Source: a virus
Virus record (IMG/VR): IMGVR_UViG_3300025133_000028
Reading direction: 5' to 3' (one strand)
Length of the DNA: 64,000 nt
Part shown: one piece after another, positions 45,782 to 56,195 of the stretch
Layout: each line of letters begins with the position of its first letter
Position numbering within the stretch: the stretch's first letter is position 1
Position numbers and translations under genes: made by a program
Notes under the pieces: generated by a model
The model's input: only the letters and a program-made list of their open reading frames with translations
Databases searched by the model: none
What the model was told of the DNA's origin: nothing

Positions 45782-46213
45782 ATTCCTACATACATTTTAG
45801 AATGCGGTGAATGCAATATATACTGGGAAAGAAAAATGCCCATGGCAGATACGGAAAAAATTGGCAAATACATTCCGTGTCCTAAATGTAAAAAGAAAAA
45901 GTCAGTTAGTCAAGACTTTTCTGAATCTGGCCAACATATCCAAGTCTCTAGGGACGCTTCTACAGTTGGTGAAATCGCGGAAAGAAATACCAAAAACATG
46001 GGCACATACGAACTAGAAGATAAACGTAAAGCTTATTTTGACAGTAAGAAGAAAGCCAAACGAACCATGTTAACGGAAAATGGTATAATTAAACCGGGAG
46101 ACCCTTTACCAGAAGACAGTAAACCATGGTATGGAAAAATGGACAAGGAAACTAAAAAACAAATTGAAACAAATCCAGCCAGAGCGGAAAAATATATTAT
46201 GGAGGGGAAATAA
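45782..46213 (+). CDS. FmdB-like zinc-ribbon protein, ATT start
   Basis: SD AAGGAG then ATT-CCT-ACA-TAC gives (M)PTY..ECGEC...CPKC. Confidence 0.75.
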   Translation: MPTYILECGECNIYWERKMPMADTEKIGKYIPCPKCKKKKSVSQDFSESGQHIQVSRDASTVGEIAERNTKNMGTYELEDKRKAYFDSKKKAKRTMLTENGIIKPGDPLPEDSKPWYGKMDKETKKQIETNPARAEKYIMEGK

Positions 46214-46425
46214 TGTCAGCGAAAAGTCCACATAAAGCGATACTAAATGTTAATGTCAAAGTTTACGAAGTTAGACCTGACGGTACATGTGGTCAAGAAA
46301 TATCTAGAGAAGACATGGACAATGTAAATGTCAAACCTGATTTTCTTCTTAATGTAGATGGATTTGATAGGTTTGATTGTTTAAAAAGGCTTAAAAAAGA
46401 AATTGAGGAGTTTGGCAATGGGTAA
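46213..46425 (+). CDS. hypothetical protein
   Basis: SD GGAGG, TAATG overlap. Confidence 0.55.
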   Translation: MSAKSPHKAILNVNVKVYEVRPDGTCGQEISREDMDNVNVKPDFLLNVDGFDRFDCLKRLKKEIEEFGNG

Positions 46426-46828
46426 ATTTCAACCAAGAGAAACGACAGACGAAGACATCAGACTTAAAGTTTCAGAATTTGCTGAGACAGACGACCCGAA
46501 AGACCACGAAGAAGATATTGTTGTGCGTGCTAAATACGGGTATGAAGACCTAGACGAACATACTATGATATGTGCTAATTGCGAAAAAAAACTAGCTGTT
46601 ATTAAAAAAGTCGCAAAAGAGTCTATGGTTAATATTTTTAAAGCAGAGTGTCCATTTTGTAATGATAGTTCTTTTAAATATAAAGTCACCGGCAAAACAT
46701 ACGTTGGTGGTACTGACATTACGTCTTTGAAAGATATTCAAATGACCAACAGTTATGTTGATAATGATGTTCTTATAATGGAAGCTACTATTACGCTCTG
46801 TATACATGAGGATAAATATAGTGAGTAG
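46418..46828 (+). CDS. CxxC zinc-binding hypothetical protein
   Basis: CANC...CPFC. Confidence 0.55.
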   Translation: MGKFQPRETTDEDIRLKVSEFAETDDPKDHEEDIVVRAKYGYEDLDEHTMICANCEKKLAVIKKVAKESMVNIFKAECPFCNDSSFKYKVTGKTYVGGTDITSLKDIQMTNSYVDNDVLIMEATITLCIHEDKYSE

Positions 46829-47186
46829 AGACGAAAAAGACATTAGTCATATAGATTTACCAGATGTTAATCAGTATCTGGCTGTGTTTACGTTAAAAGA
46901 CGGTACGGAATTGTCACAAACATATGACGAACAAACAAAACCCAAAGAACCAGTATATGCGTGTGCAAAAACTGTGACCAACTTGACAAAAAACACTGTT
47001 TCGTTTTTTGTTAGGTCAGACGGCGGTAGTTTATACAATCCAAGGTTGTCTTCTTTTAGTTACGAAAAAAGAAAAAACTGGCAATGGAAAAAACTACACA
47101 AACAAGAAGGCACTTTTAATTTTTATGTTAAATTTTTACAAACAAATAGAGAAACAGACCTAAGATATGCAGAAAGGTCTCTCTAA
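46806..47186 (+). CDS. hypothetical protein
   Basis: ORF in a packed operon; start uncertain. Confidence 0.55.
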   Translation: MRINIVSRDEKDISHIDLPDVNQYLAVFTLKDGTELSQTYDEQTKPKEPVYACAKTVTNLTKNTVSFFVRSDGGSLYNPRLSSFSYEKRKNWQWKKLHKQEGTFNFYVKFLQTNRETDLRYAERSL

Positions 47187-47196
47187 GGAGAATATT

Positions 47197-47574
47197 ATGG
47201 CTAAAAAAGGCAGACTATCAGACGTAGAAAAATTCTATATCGAAAACAATCTTCAGCTTAGTGATGAAAAGCTTGGAGAAATATTAGACAGAACACCAAA
47301 CACTGTTAAGAAGGTTAGAGATATGACTCCAGAAGTAGAGCCAAAACCAGAAGTAGAAAAAGCAGAATTGGCTGAATCTGAAAAAACGGTTATTACTAAA
47401 CAAGAAGCATTGAGTAAAGGATATAATGTTAGTGACCTTATGGGACGTAAACGCGAAGCAACCGTTATGACCCCAGCAGCAAGCGAAATGGCTGATGATG
47501 CAAATGCTCTTAATCGCTCACAAAGTAAAAACCATCGTTTCGCATCAAATATTCACAATCCCAAAGGAGGCTAA
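47197..47574 (+). CDS. hypothetical protein with N-terminal HTH-like region
   Basis: LSDVEKFYI...EKLGEILDRT..TVKK. Confidence 0.55.
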   Translation: MAKKGRLSDVEKFYIENNLQLSDEKLGEILDRTPNTVKKVRDMTPEVEPKPEVEKAELAESEKTVITKQEALSKGYNVSDLMGRKREATVMTPAASEMADDANALNRSQSKNHRFASNIHNPKGG

Positions 47575-47575
47575 T

Positions 47576-48010
47576 ATGGACAGTAGAATCTGTACTGAAC
47601 CAGACCAATATGTTAACGACAGATTTGAAGGACATACTCATTGGATTATTGAATTAAGTAATGGTCAAACTGTTTATCAAGACGAAGACAGGCCAGACCA
47701 CGACCCTAGTGCTTGGGTTAGGTTAAAAAACCATTGTCAAGAAAACAATATTCATATTGTTAAAATGTACTTACGCTTTCGTTCTCATAAAGAATTCTTA
47801 CCAGATAATGCACAGGGATATTTTTTCGTCAAAGTAGCTCGCGGTAACTGGGGAAGTACAAAAACTTTACACAAGTACATTGTTGGTCATATTGATGATG
47901 ATGGAATATTACATACTACTAAGTATAGAATTCCAGAACTACTACCAGAAAACCATGAAAGACGTAAATGGAAACCAGAAGACTTATCAGTGATTGTTAA
48001 GAAAGGATAA
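47576..48010 (+). CDS. hypothetical protein
   Basis: SD AAGGAGG. Confidence 0.6.
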   Translation: MDSRICTEPDQYVNDRFEGHTHWIIELSNGQTVYQDEDRPDHDPSAWVRLKNHCQENNIHIVKMYLRFRSHKEFLPDNAQGYFFVKVARGNWGSTKTLHKYIVGHIDDDGILHTTKYRIPELLPENHERRKWKPEDLSVIVKKG

Positions 48011-48013
48011 TAT

Positions 48014-48427
48014 ATGACCAATTATCATTCAAGAAATACCAAAGAACCATGTAGTGCTGCGCATCTATTAACAGAAATAATGTGCGAAAGAAAGTCTAAG
48101 AAAGACAATATGGTTTTAGGACATAAATTTTGGAACAAAGAAGAATGGAAACTCTTTTACCGAAGAACCATAATTGCAGCAAACAAAACGTTTAAATTGT
48201 ATAGCTCAGAAGTTGTTTTCAGAGTTCTTAAGCATAAAAAACATCAGTGGCAATATTCATTGCATGAAAAAACACTAAACGAAGCTTTAAGAATTGAACA
48301 ACGTAATTTTGACAAAGAACAGCAAAGTTTAAAAAAGGCCAAAACAATTGATATTCAACCAACTGTAATCGATGTTAAAAAGAATACAGATGGTAGTAAG
48401 AACAAATTTAATAAACTCAGGGATTAA
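48014..48427 (+). CDS. hypothetical protein
   Basis: SD AAGGA. Confidence 0.6.
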   Translation: MTNYHSRNTKEPCSAAHLLTEIMCERKSKKDNMVLGHKFWNKEEWKLFYRRTIIAANKTFKLYSSEVVFRVLKHKKHQWQYSLHEKTLNEALRIEQRNFDKEQQSLKKAKTIDIQPTVIDVKKNTDGSKNKFNKLRD

Positions 48428-48428
48428 A

Positions 48429-49463
48429 ATGGCTAAAAAGAAAGTGACAGCAAAAGAAACAAAAACATCACCAGCAATAACAGCAACAGATAAACTAGCA
48501 AACGAAATTAACAAAGAATACGGGATTGGTATTTGCGTAGACGCTAATGAAATTTTAGATAAAGAACAAATAATCATACCAGTCAGTCCTAGAATTGATG
48601 CAGGAATTCACGGAGGCATTCCAGAGGGTTCGTGGGTAATTATGTCCGGTCCTCCTAAGTGTGGTAAAAGCACTACGTGTTTAGAATTTGCAGCTACATG
48701 TCAACAGTCTGAATACGGTGATAGAGAAATTTATTACTTTGATGTTGAAGGTCGTCTTAAAAAGATGAACTTAGAACAAATCCCAAACTTAAATCTTAAA
48801 AAATTTCATATAATAAAATCAACTAAGGAAAAAATATTAGCAGCCGAAGACCACCTTACTATTGCTGTTAACGTATTGAAAAATGTACCCAGAGCCATTG
48901 TAATTATAGACTCAACTTCCGCAATGGCTGGCGTATCAACATTAGAGGATAGAGTTAGAGGAGACGGTAGAGAACCAGCACCACGGATTTTATCTAACTT
49001 CTGCAAACAAATGGGTGGAGTCGTACCTATTCAGGACTCTATTGTAATTCTAGTTCAACACCTGATTACAAATACAAGTGGTAAGGGTGCCATGTATATG
49101 GAAGACGGGGGAAGAAAAATTCAGTATCAAGTTGACGTGAAGCTCAGATGCACGTACTTTGAAAGGTGGGAGGACACTAGTAAAACCCAAATAGGGCAAA
49201 AAGCACACTGGAACGTCCTGTCTTCTGCTCTTGGTCCTCCTGGGGCAAAAATTGAAAGCTATCTTAGATATGGTGAAGGTATTGATATGATATACGAAAC
49301 CATGAAAATTGCAGAAGAAATCGGAATTATTGCTAAAGCTGGCTCTTGGTATACTTATGAGGAATACAAAGTACAAGGTGCGGAAAAATTACGACAGTAT
49401 TTTGTAGACAATCCTGATAAGTATAAAGAACTAACCAAAGAAGTACAGGAAATGTTATCATGA
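48429..49463 (+). CDS. RecA/UvsX-like recombinase
   Basis: GGIPEG, GPPKCGKST (Walker A), DVE, IIDS (Walker B), GG, YGEGID, KAGSWY. Confidence 0.9.
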   Translation: MAKKKVTAKETKTSPAITATDKLANEINKEYGIGICVDANEILDKEQIIIPVSPRIDAGIHGGIPEGSWVIMSGPPKCGKSTTCLEFAATCQQSEYGDREIYYFDVEGRLKKMNLEQIPNLNLKKFHIIKSTKEKILAAEDHLTIAVNVLKNVPRAIVIIDSTSAMAGVSTLEDRVRGDGREPAPRILSNFCKQMGGVVPIQDSIVILVQHLITNTSGKGAMYMEDGGRKIQYQVDVKLRCTYFERWEDTSKTQIGQKAHWNVLSSALGPPGAKIESYLRYGEGIDMIYETMKIAEEIGIIAKAGSWYTYEEYKVQGAEKLRQYFVDNPDKYKELTKEVQEMLS

Positions 49464-49849
49464 GAGTAATTGGATTGCACGGTCAGGAAATGACTCTGAA
49501 TTTCAATAAATCCGGCACTAGAAAAAACGCATCGTCATATCATACTAAAGCAAGAGAACTACTTAATGATTATTTTTCTCTTGAGGTAATTTATGAAGAA
49601 CTAGGAATTCCAGGTACTTTATTGACTTTGGATTTTTTTATACCTAGGTACAAGGTAGCTGTTGAGGTACAAGGCGAACAACATTATAAATTTATTGGAC
49701 ATTTTCACAAAAACAAATTAGAATTTTACAGAGCAAAAAAACGAGACCAAGACAAACGCAATTGGTGCGAAGTTAATAATTTTGATTTGATTGAATTTCC
49801 ATATAATGAGGATAAAAACGAATGGCTGACGAGAATACAGGAAAGATAG
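49460..49849 (+). CDS. DUF559/Vsr-like PD-(D/E)XK endonuclease
   Basis: LDFFIP...AVEVQGEQHY...RD..K..WC..N...LIEFPY. Confidence 0.75.
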   Translation: MRVIGLHGQEMTLNFNKSGTRKNASSYHTKARELLNDYFSLEVIYEELGIPGTLLTLDFFIPRYKVAVEVQGEQHYKFIGHFHKNKLEFYRAKKRDQDKRNWCEVNNFDLIEFPYNEDKNEWLTRIQER

Positions 49850-50310
49850 AATCACAGTGGAACGAAATTGACCAATTACTAAACGACTATGACGAAAGGT
49901 TGTGTTTAAAACATATAACTCATAGTCCAGAAGTTGAAAAGATTCTGACCATTTCTTATGTCGAATTAAAAGCGTTGTCTGCCGAAAGATGCGGAGAGTG
50001 TGCTGTTTTATTAGCTCAGTATGGTATATTTGTACAAAAAGAAATAAATCGTCAGACAGCTAAAATGAAATGGGCGGAAAAAGGCATTCACATAATGGCT
50101 GCTAAATATGGCAAAAACTACAGTCAGTATATGAAATTTGAAGAAAAACAAGCAACAATCATATCAGACAACAGTGCTGCGTTTAAACTTCATAAACTCA
50201 AACAAATATCTCAAGCTATAGTTGACGAATTGTCTTACATTACCAGTCGAATAAATACTATGGGACAGTCTTTTATAGAGCTTCAAAACACCAAAAGGAG
50301 AACGCAATGA
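49822..50310 (+). CDS. helical protein, possibly UvsY-like recombination mediator
   Basis: Coiled-coil character and position two genes after the recombinase (inference). Confidence 0.4.
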   Translation: MADENTGKIESQWNEIDQLLNDYDERLCLKHITHSPEVEKILTISYVELKALSAERCGECAVLLAQYGIFVQKEINRQTAKMKWAEKGIHIMAAKYGKNYSQYMKFEEKQATIISDNSAAFKLHKLKQISQAIVDELSYITSRINTMGQSFIELQNTKRRTQ

Positions 50311-50939
50311 GTATTATAACAGATACCAAACAAATGATAGAAACCGCTATGAACAGCGGAGATAAAGACCTAATGAAGATGGCTATGTTGATGCAGTCTA
50401 AAATAGTAGACAATCTGCCAGAGCCAACACAAGAACCAACACAAGAACCGTATTACACTTGTGATGCTTGTGGTGAAAGATTTCCGTTTGATAAAAAAAG
50501 AAAACGTTGCCCTTCTTGTAAGAAACATAAACTAGTTTTGGTTGATGTTGCAAAAGAGCCAGAGCCAGTAATTGACACAAGAAGTAAAAGACTACGAGCA
50601 ACAGATGTTGAAAATTTTACTATGACCCGTGACCCTAATTTTGACAGAGAAGTTAGAGACGAAGAAGGTAATGTGATTGGCACTAAAACTTTATCTCAGA
50701 GTATTCAAGTTACTGGTAATCAATTTCAAGACAACAACGATGATTGTTCTGCTGACAGAGACTTTACCAAACAGGTTAAGTTTAATGTTAGCCAACGTAG
50801 AGGTAAGGTCAATATGGTAAATTGGCAATGTGAATCATGTAATAAACAGGAACAAAAACACCCCGCGTTTTCTAAAGAATTGTATTGTGATAAATGTTTA
50901 ATCAAAGGGAAAGGAAGAGGGCGAAATAAACGTGTCTGA
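50307..50939 (+). CDS. multi-zinc-ribbon hypothetical protein
   Basis: CDAC...CPSC and CESC...CDKC. Confidence 0.6.
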   Translation: MSIITDTKQMIETAMNSGDKDLMKMAMLMQSKIVDNLPEPTQEPTQEPYYTCDACGERFPFDKKRKRCPSCKKHKLVLVDVAKEPEPVIDTRSKRLRATDVENFTMTRDPNFDREVRDEEGNVIGTKTLSQSIQVTGNQFQDNNDDCSADRDFTKQVKFNVSQRRGKVNMVNWQCESCNKQEQKHPAFSKELYCDKCLIKGKGRGRNKRV

Positions 50940-52404
50940 TAAACAAGGTAATACGGGTGTAGAAAGAGCGGTAGTGTCTGGGTTATGTCAATATGGTAAA
51001 GACGCATGGATTGATGTATCTGACATAATAGATTCATCGTCGTTTGTAGAACAACATAATCAAATGATTTTTAGAGTCATAGACAATATAATAAACATTC
51101 AAGGGATTGAAACTATTGATTTGTCTTCTATTGTCGCAACAGCCGAAACTCTTGGTTTTTCATCAACTATATCTGATAGGAAATACAACGATTATATTAG
51201 GTCTATATTCAACTTTCCTGTTGAATTAGCAAATGTTAGAGTCCATGCTAAAAAACTCGCCAAACTTGAAATCGCAAGAAAATGGAAAAACAAACTTAAA
51301 GACATATACAACAAGATGGCAGAAGTTACTGGTGATGAAACTATTGACGAAATAGTTAACATTCCAGAATCTGCATTGTTTGATATGGTTCATAATTTAT
51401 ATCACAATACCGATAACAATCCCGTTCAAATAGCAGAAGGAAACTCAGAACTTTTAAACGACTTGATAAACAACCCAATTGAAATGATTGGTGTTCCTAC
51501 TCCTTGGCCAATTTATAACGAAATTATTGGTGGTGGTTTGCGTCCTGGTGTTTCATTAATTGCTGCTAGACCAAAAATTGGTAAGTCATCACTTGCTAAA
51601 GATGCGTTACTTCATATTTCTGGTAAAATGAATATTCCAACTCTGTACATTGATACAGAAATGGATAAGACAGAACAGGTTTTTAGAATGTTGGCAACAC
51701 TATCAGACGTTCCAACTAAAAGAATTGAGACAGGATATTTCGGTCAAGACGATGATGAAAAAGAACGAGTTTTTCTAGCTAATAAAGAATTAGAAGCAAT
51801 GCCGCTATCTCATAAAAGGGTTGGTGGAATGGATTTTAAAGAAATATTAAGTATTGTTAGACGATGGATTTTTAAAGATGTTGGATTTGACGATTCGGGT
51901 GAAGCCAATCCTTGTGTGATAGTTTATGATTACTTTAAGCTTATGAATGTTGAAACACTACAAAAAATGCAAGAATTTCAAGCTTTGGGTTTTCAAATAT
52001 CAGAATTGAGTGACTTTACTAAACAATATAGTATTCCTTGTCTAGCTTTTGTACAAACAAACAGAGAAGGTATTAAAGAAACTGGTGGTAGTGTATTATC
52101 AGGTTCTGACCGTTTGTTGTGGTTGTGCATTTCTGCGTGTGACTTCAAGAGAAAAACATCAGAAGAAATTGAAGAAGATGGGCCAGAATTTGGCAATAGA
52201 AAACTTGTACCTATCGAATGTCGTTATGGTAGTAGTTTATCAGACAACGATTATATACATATGAACTTACAAGGTAATATTTCAAAGGTTACGGAATTAG
52301 GTACGAAATCTGCTAGTATTAAAGATGAAGATGATTCTGGATTTACTGGAGGAAAACCAATACCTGTTGAAGACGACGAGGAGGAAGACGATTGTCCTTT
52401 CTAG
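50932..52404 (+). CDS. dnaB: replicative DNA helicase (DnaB-like)
   Basis: ERAVV, ARPKIGKS, TEM, YDYFKL, QTNR, R.G. Confidence 0.9.
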   Translation: MSDKQGNTGVERAVVSGLCQYGKDAWIDVSDIIDSSSFVEQHNQMIFRVIDNIINIQGIETIDLSSIVATAETLGFSSTISDRKYNDYIRSIFNFPVELANVRVHAKKLAKLEIARKWKNKLKDIYNKMAEVTGDETIDEIVNIPESALFDMVHNLYHNTDNNPVQIAEGNSELLNDLINNPIEMIGVPTPWPIYNEIIGGGLRPGVSLIAARPKIGKSSLAKDALLHISGKMNIPTLYIDTEMDKTEQVFRMLATLSDVPTKRIETGYFGQDDDEKERVFLANKELEAMPLSHKRVGGMDFKEILSIVRRWIFKDVGFDDSGEANPCVIVYDYFKLMNVETLQKMQEFQALGFQISELSDFTKQYSIPCLAFVQTNREGIKETGGSVLSGSDRLLWLCISACDFKRKTSEEIEEDGPEFGNRKLVPIECRYGSSLSDNDYIHMNLQGNISKVTELGTKSASIKDEDDSGFTGGKPIPVEDDEEEDDCPF

Positions 52405-53528
52405 TATCAGACGAAAGCATTGAAAATATCTTATACGGATTGTCTGAGCGTATGGAAGATGTATTAGATGAATTTGGATTGGAATACGAAATTTATGATA
52501 ACAGAATATGTACAAATTGTGAAATTCATGGTGGGGATAAAAAAGAAGCGTTAGTAGTTTATACTAATAATGATTTAGGAATATGGAAATGTTATACAGC
52601 AGAATGTCATGAAACCTACGGTAAAGATGGCATTGGCTTAATTCGCGGTCTACTTAGCGTCGAAAAAAGTAAAGAAATTTCGAGATTCGATGCAATAAAG
52701 TGGGCTGCGAATTTTTTAGGAGAATCCATTAATTATGAAGAAAATAAGAATTTCAAAGACCAGCGTAATTATACCAAAATGGCTAAGGCTTTACTAAAAA
52801 CTAATAAAACTACAACAGTACAAATAAAACGAGAGCAAGCAATCAAGAGTTTACGGATTCCAGCGACTTTTTATGTGCGACAGGGATTCAGCAAAAAGAT
52901 TCTAACGAAGTACGATGTTGGATATTGTGCGACTGCGGGCAAAGAAATGTTTGACAGAGTTGTATTTCCTGTGTATGATGATATGCATGAACACATTGTC
53001 GGTGTTGTGGGACGAACGATTCAGCCGTATTGTAAAAAGTGTAAAAAATATCATTATACTAATCGTCATTGTCCAACAAACAGAGTCGAAGAACTATGGG
53101 CATCTAAATGGAGAAACAGTAAAGGGTTTCGTGCTGAATCGTTTTTCTTTAACTACTGGTTTGCTGCAAAGCATATTAAACAATGTGGTTGTGCAATACT
53201 TGTTGAAGGACAAGGAGATGTATTAAGATTAGAAGAGGCGGGTATTAAAATAGCTTTAGGAATGTTTGGTACTTCAATAACTGATGACCAGCTTATGTTA
53301 TTAGAAAAAAGTGGTGCTACGACACTGGTAATTTTTACCGATAACGACAACGCTGGTAAAAAAGCTAGAGAAGACATTAAAGAGAAATGTGGACTGTGTT
53401 TTAATATTATTACGGAAGATTTACCAAAAAAAGATTTTGGTATAATGAAAGTAGCAGAAACACGAACTTTTGTTAATCCAATACTTAAAAGAATAGGAGT
53501 TAGTAATGCTTTGGGAATTCACTGTTGA
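52392..53528 (+). CDS. DNA primase (Zn finger + TOPRIM)
   Basis: CEIHGGD...WKCY...C; RVVFP...GR; LVEGQGD; DNDNAG. Confidence 0.88.
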   Translation: MSFLVSDESIENILYGLSERMEDVLDEFGLEYEIYDNRICTNCEIHGGDKKEALVVYTNNDLGIWKCYTAECHETYGKDGIGLIRGLLSVEKSKEISRFDAIKWAANFLGESINYEENKNFKDQRNYTKMAKALLKTNKTTTVQIKREQAIKSLRIPATFYVRQGFSKKILTKYDVGYCATAGKEMFDRVVFPVYDDMHEHIVGVVGRTIQPYCKKCKKYHYTNRHCPTNRVEELWASKWRNSKGFRAESFFFNYWFAAKHIKQCGCAILVEGQGDVLRLEEAGIKIALGMFGTSITDDQLMLLEKSGATTLVIFTDNDNAGKKAREDIKEKCGLCFNIITEDLPKKDFGIMKVAETRTFVNPILKRIGVSNALGIHC

Positions 53529-53841
53529 ACTAGAGGAAATTAAAGACAAAGACAAAAATGTTACACAAAAGTCTGGCACAGAAGTAGTAGTAGTTGAGGC
53601 AAATATTTTAAATACTGCTGCGTATAGAGTGTTTAGACAACTGACTAATTCTGGACGTATGCTTCGTAAACCAAAATGGGTTACCCCCAAAAACCAAAAC
53701 AGAAAACATCCACAAGAAGTAGAATTTGCGTGGAAAGGTGTTACTGTCAAAACGCTTCAACCCGTAAAGACAGTAAACATTACTGAGTTGGGCTATGAAG
53801 CTAAAAAAGACAAAAGGAGTATGAAGCAAGACAATGGGTGA
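53506..53841 (+). CDS. hypothetical protein
   Basis: SD AGGAG. Confidence 0.55.
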   Translation: MLWEFTVELEEIKDKDKNVTQKSGTEVVVVEANILNTAAYRVFRQLTNSGRMLRKPKWVTPKNQNRKHPQEVEFAWKGVTVKTLQPVKTVNITELGYEAKKDKRSMKQDNG

Positions 53842-54655
53842 CCAAAACATATTAGTATTCTTTGGTGAAAAACAATCGGGTAAAGACAGTGGTGCAAACT
53901 TTATTTCTGGTTGGGTAATGCGAGAATACGCAGGATTAATGGAAAGGTTTGAGATTGACCCAGAAACAGGAAAACTAGTTACGTCAGTTAATACCCAAAA
54001 TGAAAAAGGTGAAACTATTAAAGGCGAAGCTATTTTAGACTTTGAACAGCATTGGGTAGACCCAGACTTAAGACGATGGCTTGCCGCAAATGTATGGCCA
54101 TATGTTAAAAAATACAGCTTTGCTGACAATCTAAAAATGGCATGTATGAAAATCTTTGGGCTGACATTTGAGCAATGTTATGGTAGTGACGACGATAAAA
54201 ACACAGAGACAAAAATACTCTGGTCTGATATGTTTAAGTTCTTACCAGACGAAACAGTTGCTGAACTTGGTGATAAAAAACATCAAAAAATGACAGCAAG
54301 AGAAGTTATGCAATATTTTGGCACTGATGTTTGTCGTGGACTAATGGACGAGTGTTGGGTAAAGTCTACTTTTGATAAAATCAAAGAAGAAGGTGTGCCG
54401 TTTGCGTTAATTTCAGATGGTAGATTTTTAAACGAATTAGAATATTCTAATCGAGTTGATGCAAAAACTCTCTTTTTAGAAAAGAAATTAGAAACTAATA
54501 CTACCCACGCAAGCGAACAGGCTGGACAATTACCAAAAAACCAGTTTAGTAAAATCATCGCTAACGCAAACATGGACATTGTAGCTAAAAATCTTCAGTT
54601 GTTAGAAACATTAGGAGAATGGGGATGGATAAATTGGACAGTAACTTCTCAGTAA
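53834..54655 (+). CDS. deoxynucleoside monophosphate kinase
   Basis: GEKQSGKD, SFADNLK, TAREVMQYFGTD, DGRFLNE, HASE. Confidence 0.88.
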   Translation: MGDQNILVFFGEKQSGKDSGANFISGWVMREYAGLMERFEIDPETGKLVTSVNTQNEKGETIKGEAILDFEQHWVDPDLRRWLAANVWPYVKKYSFADNLKMACMKIFGLTFEQCYGSDDDKNTETKILWSDMFKFLPDETVAELGDKKHQKMTAREVMQYFGTDVCRGLMDECWVKSTFDKIKEEGVPFALISDGRFLNELEYSNRVDAKTLFLEKKLETNTTHASEQAGQLPKNQFSKIIANANMDIVAKNLQLLETLGEWGWINWTVTSQ

Positions 54656-55065
54656 GACCACTTGCTTTTAGGGATTTAAATGAAGATTACTTTAAACTTA
54701 TGAGTCAATTAACAGATTCTCCTTATTGGAACGTATCTTTACGCGAATGGAATGTCTATAAACATTCAAATAAATGTATAGTTGTAACAGTAGACAAAAA
54801 AGACAAGATAGTAGGAACTGCCTCTATATTTTTTGAAAAGAAATTTACCAGAGGAGGTTCTACCGTTGGGCATATTGAAGACGTAGTGGTTGATGTCGCC
54901 TATAGAAAAAAAAGTATAGCTTTAACAATGCTAAACTTTCTTCGACTAATGGCAAAAGGAATTGGAGCATATAAATTGATTTTAAACTGTAGTGACGATA
55001 ATATTGATTTTTACACAAAGTGCGGTTTCTACAAACATGAAAACGAAATGAGGTTAGATATTTGA
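54619..55065 (+). CDS. glucosamine-6-phosphate N-acetyltransferase (GNA1-type GNAT)
   Basis: L.QLT, GTASIFFEKKF...GHIEDVVV...R, YKLILNCS...FY.KCGF...EM. Confidence 0.8.
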   Translation: MGMDKLDSNFSVRPLAFRDLNEDYFKLMSQLTDSPYWNVSLREWNVYKHSNKCIVVTVDKKDKIVGTASIFFEKKFTRGGSTVGHIEDVVVDVAYRKKSIALTMLNFLRLMAKGIGAYKLILNCSDDNIDFYTKCGFYKHENEMRLDI

Positions 55066-56186
55066 TAGTAACATATTACAGAAGTAGTAGCTATTCCAAT
55101 CTGTCGTTTTGTGAAATGCAATATTTTCAAACATACGTTTTGGGTATGCCTCGCGTAGCTGGACTAAAAGCAGACAAAGGCACTACCACACATAAAGCAT
55201 TAGAATGTTTAGCTTGTATTAAAAAACTAATTCAAGATGGGCAAACAAAAGGAATCTATCAAGATAGTCAACTTGGACCAATCGAATACGACGAACAGAC
55301 ATGGATGAAACCGCATCATTTATCTGATGATGAAGTTGACGCTATTAATAAGACAAGACGAAATAAGCAAACCTACAAAAGTTTGTGTAAAATTCCGTAT
55401 GGAACAGTACACTATGGTGTAGATTTGGTTAATGAACTTGCCCAAAAATCTTCTGATTATTATGCCGAAAGAGGAGCACATAAGTGGAAACCAGTTGATT
55501 TCAAAGATGTCAAAAACTTTACATATATTCCACTAGAATATAAAGACGGTATGTTTGACCCAAGACGTAGAACAATTGTTGAAGCAGAACCTCACTTTGA
55601 CATCACTATTGACAAGCCTTGGGCTAATTATCAGTACGAACATCAAGGAAAAATATTAGATGGACAACTGGCAATTAAGGGTACGGTTGACCTAATTACT
55701 GATATTGGTGGCGGAATTTACGAGATTGTTGACTGGAAAACTGGCCAACGTATTGACTGGGGAGCAAAGGGCACACCAGAAAAGACGTATGATAAGTTGT
55801 GTGAAGACCCGCAGTTGATGTTGTATTACTATGCTTGTCGTAATATGTATCCAGACGTTAAGGGAATTATCTTAAGTATTTTCTTTGTTCGTGACGGTGG
55901 GCCGTTTAGTATATGTTTTGATGAACACCACTTAGCACATATGGAAAAACTATTAGAAAAGAAATTTAAGTATACACAAAATTGTACACTACCCGAAATG
56001 TGTGACCCAAATCAGAAAGATTTTAAATGTACTAGAATCTGTGATTTTTACAAACAAAAAAAGAACGACAAAAACATGTGTAGATTTATTCATGACGAAA
56101 TCAAAGATAAAGGTATGCAACACGTAATAGACAATCATACGGAAGATGGTCACAACGTAGGATTCTATCAAAACCCAGGAGAATAG
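55062..56186 (+). CDS. PD-(D/E)XK nuclease (Cas4/RecB-like)
   Basis: SSS...C, GT..H, KGTVDL, IVDWKTG, QLMLY, C-terminal C...C....C. Confidence 0.8.
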   Translation: MIVTYYRSSSYSNLSFCEMQYFQTYVLGMPRVAGLKADKGTTTHKALECLACIKKLIQDGQTKGIYQDSQLGPIEYDEQTWMKPHHLSDDEVDAINKTRRNKQTYKSLCKIPYGTVHYGVDLVNELAQKSSDYYAERGAHKWKPVDFKDVKNFTYIPLEYKDGMFDPRRRTIVEAEPHFDITIDKPWANYQYEHQGKILDGQLAIKGTVDLITDIGGGIYEIVDWKTGQRIDWGAKGTPEKTYDKLCEDPQLMLYYYACRNMYPDVKGIILSIFFVRDGGPFSICFDEHHLAHMEKLLEKKFKYTQNCTLPEMCDPNQKDFKCTRICDFYKQKKNDKNMCRFIHDEIKDKGMQHVIDNHTEDGHNVGFYQNPGE

Positions 56187-56195
56187 GAAAACAAC

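Noticed and set aside
50421-50450. 12-bp tandem repeat (EPTQ x2); also the Pro-Thr repeat at ~17440-17500
   Set aside because: Ordinary in-frame coding linker repeats.
55062-56186. Cas4-like nuclease as evidence of a CRISPR-Cas system
   Set aside because: Solo Cas4/RecB-like nucleases are common in phage replication modules; no array or other cas genes are seen.
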